Source of the DNA: Candidatus Aenigmatarchaeota archaeon
Lineage (GTDB): Archaea; Aenigmatarchaeota; Aenigmatarchaeia; QMZP01; JAFGSV01
DNA: 64,000 nt
Reading direction: 5' to 3'
NCBI GenBank assembly: GCA_016931255.1
Contig: JAFGFG010000009.1
Span: 91,627-155,626 of the forward strand
Numbering within the stretch: position 1 is the stretch's first letter; each line of letters begins with the position of its first letter. The notes beneath the pieces were generated by a model. The model did no database searches. It was not told the origin of the DNA and was given only the letters and a program-made list of their open reading frames with translations. Positions 56,665 to 64,000 of this stretch are shown here, piece after piece. The position numbers were made by a program, and so were the translations under genes.

Positions 56665-58272
56665 TTATCCCTTTCCCAGCAGCCTCTTCACTACGGGAGG
56701 CATGTCATCGCTGTGCTGGGTTACTATCTCCTGGTAGAGCTGGTATGATATCATTGTTGCGAGAAGTATGCCTGTCCCGCTTCCTATGGCATTGGTGAGG
56801 TCTGCATATGACGCCAGAAGCCCTATTGCCATGCCACCGAGTATGGCGAGCCCTGGTATGTAACGGTTAAGCACACGCTCGATTATCCTTATGTCGCGCC
56901 TGTAACCTGGTATCTGGAGTCCTGTGGAATGTATCTGCCCAGCCACTGTGCCTGCATCCATTCCCGATGTAGTAACCCAGAATGCCGAGAATATCGTTGC
57001 GCCAACTATCATGAAACCCGAATACACCAGTATTCTCATAATGTCCACAGTGGTTATCACCATTCCGGTCAGTCCGAGGCTGTATGTTATTCCCACCCAT
57101 ACGAGCGCTCCAACCGGTATCAGTCCGAGAGCCAGCTTCCATCCGGGCTTCTTCAGGTAGCCTGATGCAAATGCGCCTATGAGCGCAAACAGTCCCATGA
57201 ATACTGCCATGCCTGCGACAGCCTGTGAATTCGGAGGCATTACGTAATACACAAAGCCGGACACAGGATTATTGTTCTCGAAGCATCCAAGCAACCCGCA
57301 GATCATTGGAGAATCGGGCTCAATAGGCTGCGCGCCTATCCTGCCCATCAGCTGGACATTGGCAAGAAGAGCTGCTATGAGTATGACCGGGATGACATTG
57401 GTGTAAAGGAAATTGAGAGGCCAGCGTCTTCCGAATCCCCTTATGGAGCCGAAAGCCAGCGGTATCTCGACCTTGACATTCTGGAGGAATATGACCAGAA
57501 GGAAAACAATACATGTCGCAAGTACAGGCAGCGCCCCGAGGAGAAGCGCATTAAGCGGGTCAGCTGTTGCCATGTAATATATTATCTGGGGTATCGCACC
57601 AAGAGGAGGATTCTGCATCTCTATTGACGGCAGCGCGAGTGCTGTCCCGTCAGCTCCCTGGAAAAGCGAAAGGCATCCTGCACCGGCGCATATGGCGAAC
57701 GGATTGAATATCCTTGTTATTATTCCCGAAGAGACGCCTGCAAGGATGAACAGGCTGACACCTGAGCCGAATCCCCACTTGGAAATTATCTCATCCATGA
57801 AAAGTATGAATATGCCGCCTATGGCTATCTGCATTATGACTATGAACTCCATGCCCGGTGTTGGTGGTATCGCGCCGAAGAGCACGTATATCGCACCTTC
57901 TACGAAGCATAGTAATATTGTCAAAATCTTCTGGGTTCCCTGGAACAGTGTCTTGCCTTTATCAGTTCCCATGTCCCATGGCAGTATCTTCGAGCCCACG
58001 AGCAACTGCAGTATTATGGCTGCGACCACTATGGGACCGATACCAAGGGTTGTCAGTGAACCGAATTTTGATGCGAGAAGCAGCTCGAAGACCTTCAGCT
58101 GCTGGAGTCCTTCGACCTGGATGCCCCATACCATTATCTGGGACATCACAAGGAATGCGAACAGTACAAGTCCTGTGTACTTGAGCTTCTCGTTGAAGCC
58201 GAGCTTCTTAAGAGGCTCCTGAACACCCGGAAGGCGCTGCAACGCACTCATGTAAGATTCTTCAAACGACAT
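56665..58272 (-). CDS. secY: Protein translocase SecY
   Basis: GSL..LGIGPIV.A.II.QLL, DE..SKWG.GSG.SLFI, P..FLY..VIP.IL, QIPG.RR, GSGTGILL. Confidence 0.96.
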   Translation of the reverse strand: MSFEESYMSALQRLPGVQEPLKKLGFNEKLKYTGLVLFAFLVMSQIMVWGIQVEGLQQLKVFELLLASKFGSLTTLGIGPIVVAAIILQLLVGSKILPWDMGTDKGKTLFQGTQKILTILLCFVEGAIYVLFGAIPPTPGMEFIVIMQIAIGGIFILFMDEIISKWGFGSGVSLFILAGVSSGIITRIFNPFAICAGAGCLSLFQGADGTALALPSIEMQNPPLGAIPQIIYYMATADPLNALLLGALPVLATCIVFLLVIFLQNVKVEIPLAFGSIRGFGRRWPLNFLYTNVIPVILIAALLANVQLMGRIGAQPIEPDSPMICGLLGCFENNNPVSGFVYYVMPPNSQAVAGMAVFMGLFALIGAFASGYLKKPGWKLALGLIPVGALVWVGITYSLGLTGMVITTVDIMRILVYSGFMIVGATIFSAFWVTTSGMDAGTVAGQIHSTGLQIPGYRRDIRIIERVLNRYIPGLAILGGMAIGLLASYADLTNAIGSGTGILLATMISYQLYQEIVTQHSDDMPPVVKRLLGKG

Positions 58273-58352
58273 TGAAATCCCTAATAACAGTTATTGAATT
58301 CTAATTATATGAATTCTTGATATTTATTATTATATAAAAAATAACAGGGAGA

Positions 58353-58634
58353 TTAAAATTTTGACCCGCGCTCGATGTAGCTTATTGCATCGCCCACTGT
58401 TCTTATCCCGGGTGCGTGCGAGATGCCGTCAATCGATGGATATCTCGACTCCAGCATGGCCTCTGCGTGAAAAAGTTCTATGCGGGTAATTCCAAGGTCG
58501 TCCCTGATGCTTGTGTTCATGTTGACAGAACCGACGTCTATTTGGTTTCCCTCGGTTAATCTGTTATAAATCCCGCAGATCACCCTGATAGAATCCTTAT
58601 ATTTGTCGGGTATTTGATTGCTTATCATAATCAT
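58353..58634 (-). CDS. Acyl-carrier-protein-like protein lacking the conserved Ser
   Basis: VNMNTSIRDDLGITRIEL....MLESRY and IRTVGDAISYIE align with ACP VTNNASFVEDLGADSLD....ALEEEF and ITTVQAAIDYIN. Confidence 0.65.
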   Translation of the reverse strand: MIMISNQIPDKYKDSIRVICGIYNRLTEGNQIDVGSVNMNTSIRDDLGITRIELFHAEAMLESRYPSIDGISHAPGIRTVGDAISYIERGSKF

Positions 58635-58669
58635 CTGAAATAGCGTAAAGAATTATAAAAGGATGCTTA

Positions 58670-59107
58670 TTATTCGACAGTGTTCTCGACAACTTCCTTC
58701 ACGACTTCCGTTTCTATGGCATCCGAGACAATCTTGCCGCCGGCAGCCTCGACCTTGGCCTTGGCGCCTGCTGAGCAGTAATCCACCTTTATGACCAGCG
58801 GGACCTTTATCTCCCCTGTTCCCAGAAGCTTGTCGTAACCGAACTTGGCGAGGTCTATCTTCTTCTCCTTCCCGGCAAGCTTGACGACTTCCCTGAGGTT
58901 CACTGTATTGAACTTCTTGGTTGTCTTTGCAGCGAAGCCGATTTTTCCTATCCTGTCCCTTGCATACTTCAGAATATAAGTCATCCTGTGGCCTTCGCTT
59001 CCTGCCCACCCTTTTCCGCCGCGGCTTCCCTTGCCCCTGTGCTTCTTCGGGCTGCCGTAGCCGTGTGTCCTGTGACCTCTCTGCTTGACCACTTTCTTTC
59101 TTACCAT
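58670..59107 (-). CDS. rpl15: 50S ribosomal protein uL15
   Basis: RG.RTHGYG..KKHRG.G.RGG.G.AG..GYDKLLG.G..A..KVEAAGG. Confidence 0.96.
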   Translation of the reverse strand: MVRKKVVKQRGHRTHGYGSPKKHRGKGSRGGKGWAGSEGHRMTYILKYARDRIGKIGFAAKTTKKFNTVNLREVVKLAGKEKKIDLAKFGYDKLLGTGEIKVPLVIKVDYCSAGAKAKVEAAGGKIVSDAIETEVVKEVVENTVE

Positions 59108-59523
59108 TATATCATCCTCTTGAGAAGCGCATTTATCTCAGGTCCCCTGTATCCGGTGTCCCCCATAGGATAGTTGAGCCTGACGGTCTTGAATCCTCCG
59201 GTAGGAGGTGAAAGTCTGAATACTTTTCTCTCTTCCAGCTTGCCATCTTTCAGTGCCTTTGTTGCAGCTGCCTTGGCTGCCTTTGCGTCTATCTTTCCTC
59301 TCTTCTGGAGAAGCTGCTCAAGTGTTTCCTGGTCTATCTCGCCCCATGTGGCGAATTCAGCGACATTCTTGAGCATTCCCCTGTAGGTGCTGTCACCGGG
59401 GATGACAATGCATGTGTTCACGCTGCCGAGCTTAAGTTTCTTGAGCGTGTCAACAACCTTTCTGGTTATCTTGACTGTTCCTTTTATCATTACTGCCGCA
59501 TAGAGCACGTTCGTTTCTGCCAT
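59107..59523 (-). CDS. rpl30: 50S ribosomal protein uL30
   Basis: DTL..L.L...N..GML..V....TWGE..FRL.PP.GG..GYRG..IN.LL.RMI. Confidence 0.95.
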   Translation of the reverse strand: MAETNVLYAAVMIKGTVKITRKVVDTLKKLKLGSVNTCIVIPGDSTYRGMLKNVAEFATWGEIDQETLEQLLQKRGKIDAKAAKAAATKALKDGKLEERKVFRLSPPTGGFKTVRLNYPMGDTGYRGPEINALLKRMI

Positions 59524-60374
59524 TACAAATCACCCTTTCCGCTGTTGATGTTCTTCAGTGCATTGAAGACAGCTGCTGCGAGGTTTGTTCTGGTCTCTGT
59601 TTTTCCGGATGTTTTTGCCCAGATATCCTTTATGCCTGCAATTTTCAGTATCTTCTTTATCTCCTTGCTGGCCACTATTCCGACACCCTTTGGTGCGGGA
59701 AGAAGCGTGACTGTAACAGAACCTTCTGTTCCTGAAACCTTGAACGGAACGCTGTGACCGCCTCCGCAGCCGCATTCCCATGAACCGCATCCTCTCTTGA
59801 CGCGTATCACACTCAGCTTGGCGTTCTTTGTCGCCTTCTCGATGGCTGTCCTGTGCTCATTTGATATTCCTCTTCCTATGCCGACGATGCCATCCCCGTT
59901 TCCTATCACTGAAAGTGCTGAAAGCTTGAATCTTCGTCCTGACTTGTGCATCCTTGCGGTCATCTTCGTTGCTGTCCTTCTTATACCGCCGCCCTTTCCC
60001 GGAGATCCGCCTATGTAAACGACATCCTGCATCATGTCAGGTATGAGAATATCCACAATCTCGGGCTCAAGTATGAGTTCCCCTTTTTGGAGTATGTCCT
60101 CTATTGTCCTGTATTTTCCTGCGAGAACGTCATTGCCGAGCTTGGTCTTTGGTATCCAGTCTGTGTCCCTTTCTATGGGAGGAGCCTTATCTGATGCGGC
60201 TTTCTCAGAAACATCTTCCTTTGGAGCGTCCTTTGCAGTTTTGGTCTTCTTTTCAGCCGGTGCCTTTCTGGTCTTTGGTGCTTCAGCAGGCTTCGCGTCC
60301 TTGACCTCTGCTATTGCTTCCTCTACCTGCTTCTCTATGTCATCGGCACTTTCACTGGCTTTCTTTTCCCTCAT
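59523..60374 (-). CDS. rps5: 30S ribosomal protein uS5 with a long N-terminal extension
   Basis: WIPKTKLG..LEPEI.D..RM..SGRR..RGCGSWEC.C..PAP.G.G. Confidence 0.96.
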   Translation of the reverse strand: MREKKASESADDIEKQVEEAIAEVKDAKPAEAPKTRKAPAEKKTKTAKDAPKEDVSEKAASDKAPPIERDTDWIPKTKLGNDVLAGKYRTIEDILQKGELILEPEIVDILIPDMMQDVVYIGGSPGKGGGIRRTATKMTARMHKSGRRFKLSALSVIGNGDGIVGIGRGISNEHRTAIEKATKNAKLSVIRVKRGCGSWECGCGGGHSVPFKVSGTEGSVTVTLLPAPKGVGIVASKEIKKILKIAGIKDIWAKTSGKTETRTNLAAAVFNALKNINSGKGDL

Positions 60375-60976
60375 TTATATCTCCTTCTCTGCCCGATTCG
60401 CTCGAAACGCGTCATTACCTCGGGCGCAGTTGAATATTTTAGCATATAGGTATTTATAATAGTTTTCCACATCTGCTCTGAAATTTCGTAATGTGTTGAT
60501 ATTATAGCCTCATACAGGAGGAAGAGGTCAGTTGCCTTGTCCTCCACCTTGTGGGACACCTTTCCCAGTCCGAAATCTATTAGATATAGGTCATTACCTT
60601 TTAATATCATGTTGGATGTCGTGAGGTCGCCGTGGACTATGTCCGCTGCATGAAGTGATGCAACAGCCTCTCCTATCTTTCTGGCGACCTTCTCCTGCAT
60701 GCTCTTAGGCATCCCATTGAGCTTCTCCTTCACCTTGTCGCCGTCTATATAATCCATCTTAATTACGTAACTATCCTTAATCTCGGCATTCGGCGTCGTC
60801 ACCCCGCTTCTTCTAGCCTTCTCAAGCAGCCTTGCCTCAAGCTTTGTCCTGCGCTTCCTTATTTCATCGTCTATGGCAGGAATCCTGTAGCCTTTCTTCA
60901 CCCTTTCCTTGATGATGTGGCTTCCTTCCCTGTATATGACTGCCTCTGCTCCCCTCTGTATAATATCCTTAGGCAT
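60371..60976 (-). CDS. bud32: KEOPS kinase Bud32
   Basis: GAEA, K.R..K.YR, RT..EAR, HGDLTTSN, IDFGL, RRRY. Confidence 0.94.
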   Translation of the reverse strand: MPKDIIQRGAEAVIYREGSHIIKERVKKGYRIPAIDDEIRKRRTKLEARLLEKARRSGVTTPNAEIKDSYVIKMDYIDGDKVKEKLNGMPKSMQEKVARKIGEAVASLHAADIVHGDLTTSNMILKGNDLYLIDFGLGKVSHKVEDKATDLFLLYEAIISTHYEISEQMWKTIINTYMLKYSTAPEVMTRFERIGQRRRYK

Positions 60977-61074
60977 GCAGTTTAATTGTCAGACTGTTTA
61001 AAAAACCGAGAATGGTATCCGCGTTAGGTTTATAAAAGTTACTACCACTACATAATCATAAAAAAGGTGATAAA

Positions 61075-61623
61075 GTGAATAATACTGCATTCATTGGACT
61101 CATATTGTTCTTCATATTCGTACTGGCAACTGCTGCTGAGTCAGCAGACACATGGGTAAGGGTAGCTCCAGGCTTCCTGAACACTGTCCAGTGCCAGAGC
61201 ATGATGGGGAAGATATACATAGAGAACAGCGCCGCTGGGACTTACAGCCTTGCGATAACAGGCGTCCCTGAAGAATGGCTTGAGTATCCTGAAGAGGTAT
61301 TCGTTGAAGGCAAGAAGACTGTGACTTATGTTGTCAGTCCGAGTGACCCCGGAACATACAGGCTTTATTTCACTGTCGAGGGAGATGATTTCGATTTTGA
61401 GGATAATGTCAAGCTCTGGGTAAGCTCAAAGGAGACAAGCGAGCTCGGCTCAGATGAAGGCAGCGGAACGGGAATGGTCGGAGGACTTACCGGAATGTTC
61501 ACATTCAATGCTGAGAACCAGACGCTCTTCATCTACGCGCTCGTCGCAATGGGAGCTGCGCTTGCCGTGCTTCTCGGACATACAATGCTTAAACATGAGG
61601 ATGAGCCCGAAAGGGCATACTGA
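61075..61623 (+). CDS. Cell-surface protein, single Ig-like domain with GGLTGMF-TM C-terminus
   Basis: Signal peptide; RBS AGGTGA; C-terminal TM. Confidence 0.7.
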   Translation: MNNTAFIGLILFFIFVLATAAESADTWVRVAPGFLNTVQCQSMMGKIYIENSAAGTYSLAITGVPEEWLEYPEEVFVEGKKTVTYVVSPSDPGTYRLYFTVEGDDFDFEDNVKLWVSSKETSELGSDEGSGTGMVGGLTGMFTFNAENQTLFIYALVAMGAALAVLLGHTMLKHEDEPERAY

Positions 61624-61631
61624 GTGATTTT

Positions 61632-63692
61632 ATGAGAATACATTTCTTGCTTGCACTGGCTTTTGTGATGATGCTTACACCCAGTCCGGCTTATGCTTAC
61701 TACGGCGGGTCGATTGACCTGATTTCGGATGTGCACAGCGTCTGCCCGTGTGATATAATATCAAGCGATGAGATGGTGCTCGAGCTCACGAATTACGGGA
61801 CCGGAAGCGATACATTTTTCATAAGCATGGAGATTCCCGAAGGATGGTCAGGATTCATAGTGCCTGAAACAACCCTTGCTTCAGGTGAAAGCGTATATCT
61901 TGACCCTGCATGGATAACACCTCCCTGCGGAACAGAGCCCGGAGTGTATAAAATCCGGTTCATCGCAGAGTCCGCAATGTCGGGGAAGATAGCTGACGAG
62001 GAGATGGAGCTTGACATAATGAGATGCCATGACGTACAGCTTTCCGGTGAAACATCAGTCGGGACATGCAAAGGAAAGGAAGTCACGTCCTCAGTGACTG
62101 TGAAGAACATTGGAAAAGGAAAAGAGACATTCATACTTTCAACAGACAGCGAATGGGCATCTGTATACCCACATCAGGTTACAATTGACCCATGGGGAGA
62201 GGCAAGCGTTCAGGTAAGGATGAAGCCTGCAGACGGATTCATAGGAAATAAGGACATTACCCTGACAGCGGTTTCCTCATCCACGTACGCTGATGATGAT
62301 ATGAAAATACAACTTACTGCGAACAACTGCTACCAGTTCAGTGCATCTGTGGTTCCAACAGAAGATGTAATCTGCATGGGAGACAGCGGGGAGTATTATA
62401 TTCAGATAGACAACAAGGGAACAAAATCAGATACCTACATGATAGTCACACCTGCATGGGCAAGGGCCGATAAGAGCACTGTGACAGTGGCAGCGGGCAG
62501 CCGTGGAAACGTCCGGGTCACTGCAATACCTCCTGAGACGGGCGACCTCATACTTTCAGTGTTTGTATCGTCAGACACCCAGTCAACAGAGGCAGTGACT
62601 GTCGAGAGTATAGTCAAGTCTGTGGACTGCAGGGACGGAGTGGTCATGATAATGCCCCCTGAGGCAAGCATATGCATAGGCGAGGGGACAGAGTACAGCG
62701 TCAGGATAGAGAACAACGGAAACGTGCCTACGACATACACGCTTGACGCTACAGTAGGAAGCTCGCTGTCAAGAGAGAAACTCATACTCGGCCCCGGAGA
62801 GGTGCAGAATGTCATTCTTACAATAGACGCAGCTGAAAAGGCCGGAACATTCCCTGTAAGCGTTGACGCCTATGTGGATGGTGTTCCTGTTGACGCTGAT
62901 GCGTCCACACTCATTGTTCGCACATGCTATGACGCAGGCCTGATTGTCAGGCCGAACAATGATGATGCATGCATTGGCGACATGCTCTCCTTTGATGTGA
63001 TAGTGAAGAACAATGGAGAATATGATGATACATACGAACTTCTTTACCCAGGCGGTGAGGCAGACTTTGACCTTGAACCAGGAGAAATCAATGAACTTGA
63101 TATTGTAATAGATGTTACTGACGAATGGAATGACGTCACAGAAATACCATTCGTTCTGACGTCTTCAAATGGCATCAGGGCAGAGAAGGTCATAGTCCAG
63201 AATGTGACACCTCCAGGCACATGCTACAGCGTGGATGTCAGCCTCCTTGATGAGGAAGACAGCGAGATAACCACTGTCATAGGATACGGCTCTCCTGTTG
63301 GGGTGAAGATAAGCAATACAGGAAATCGAAAGAGCGTATTCTTCTTGAGTGTTGACGGCCCTGAGTGGGCTTACGTGAGCGATGCATCAGTGGAACTGGA
63401 GCCAGGAGAAGAAAAGGAAGTGTATCTTTACATATCCCCGACCTATGATGTTAAGGAGGGTTCATACACCATGAGCCTGCTTGCTGAATCAGACAGCTCA
63501 TTCTCAGCCACTGACATAAAGGCAAAAGTGCTTTCTGATTTCGAATCACCTGAAGAAGAGGCACCGGAACTTGAAGGCGGGCTTACGGGGATGTTCATCT
63601 CAAACCCGCTTCCGCTTGAAATCACGCTCATATCCATGATGGCATTCTTCACAGTGCTTCTTGTTGTGCTAAGGTTCATAATATTCCGCTAG
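61632..63692 (+). CDS. Cell-surface protein with about six CARDB/NEW3-like Ig repeats and GGLTGMF-TM C-terminus
   Basis: Repeats of C.G.....V.N.G...D.Y.L with paired Cys; signal peptide; TM ending RFIIFR. Confidence 0.8.
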   Translation: MRIHFLLALAFVMMLTPSPAYAYYGGSIDLISDVHSVCPCDIISSDEMVLELTNYGTGSDTFFISMEIPEGWSGFIVPETTLASGESVYLDPAWITPPCGTEPGVYKIRFIAESAMSGKIADEEMELDIMRCHDVQLSGETSVGTCKGKEVTSSVTVKNIGKGKETFILSTDSEWASVYPHQVTIDPWGEASVQVRMKPADGFIGNKDITLTAVSSSTYADDDMKIQLTANNCYQFSASVVPTEDVICMGDSGEYYIQIDNKGTKSDTYMIVTPAWARADKSTVTVAAGSRGNVRVTAIPPETGDLILSVFVSSDTQSTEAVTVESIVKSVDCRDGVVMIMPPEASICIGEGTEYSVRIENNGNVPTTYTLDATVGSSLSREKLILGPGEVQNVILTIDAAEKAGTFPVSVDAYVDGVPVDADASTLIVRTCYDAGLIVRPNNDDACIGDMLSFDVIVKNNGEYDDTYELLYPGGEADFDLEPGEINELDIVIDVTDEWNDVTEIPFVLTSSNGIRAEKVIVQNVTPPGTCYSVDVSLLDEEDSEITTVIGYGSPVGVKISNTGNRKSVFFLSVDGPEWAYVSDASVELEPGEEKEVYLYISPTYDVKEGSYTMSLLAESDSSFSATDIKAKVLSDFESPEEEAPELEGGLTGMFISNPLPLEITLISMMAFFTVLLVVLRFIIFR

Positions 63693-63693
63693 G

Positions 63694-63906
63694 CTAAGCG
63701 AGTTCTTTTGTGGCGTATCCGGTCATGATAAGTATCCCGAGACCTATTACGACCGACACCCAGTAGCTCATCTCAGTATTCACCGGAAGCATGTACTCGT
63801 CCATGAGACCCCACACACCGCGCCAGAACGAGATGACTGCGAATGCTATGACTATTGTGAATATGGTCTGATGATGCGACTTCATTTTATGGAACTTGCT
63901 GAACAT
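63694..63906 (-). CDS. Small 2-TM membrane protein
   Basis: I.FWRG.WGLMD.Y..P...S..G motif. Confidence 0.6.
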   Translation of the reverse strand: MFSKFHKMKSHHQTIFTIVIAFAVISFWRGVWGLMDEYMLPVNTEMSYWVSVVIGLGILIMTGYATKELA

Positions 63907-64000
63907 AATATAACATTGGACTGGCACGAAAATAAATGTTACAATTCAGAAAAGCATTTATACCCGGAATTGATATTATTAATACTAATGTTCTTCTTTG

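Overview
Core-genome window of an archaeon. Gene content (class I LysRS, archaeal r-proteins, FEN-1, CDC48, ScpAB, FtsZ1-SecE-Spt5-L11 cluster, little biosynthesis, many Cys/Ig-rich surface proteins) suggests a DPANN lineage such as Aenigmarchaeota; this assignment is an inference. It holds about 80 CDS and five tRNA genes, four with BHB-flanked introns: Gly-GCC at 59/60, Leu-CAA at 30/31, and Gln-UUG and Arg-UCU at 37/38. No mobile element, CRISPR array or rRNA was seen. Main observation: the Leu, Gln and Arg introns (43-52 nt) each contain an 8-10 nt antisense copy of their own anticodon region, followed by a box D(-like) tetramer closed into a single K-turn/K-loop by a box C-like element. 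In all three, the D+5 rule points exactly at wobble nucleotide 34. This suggests a family of minimal, single-K-turn, intron-encoded self-guides for Nm34 ribose methylation whose fold competes with the BHB splice fold. Other oddities: an ACP-like protein lacking the phosphopantetheine Ser, a P-loop-dead adenylate kinase, a stand-alone AglB WWDYG-domain lipoprotein, a bacterial/archaeal chimeric LeuRS, a tRNA 5'-end relic and several clear operator arrays.
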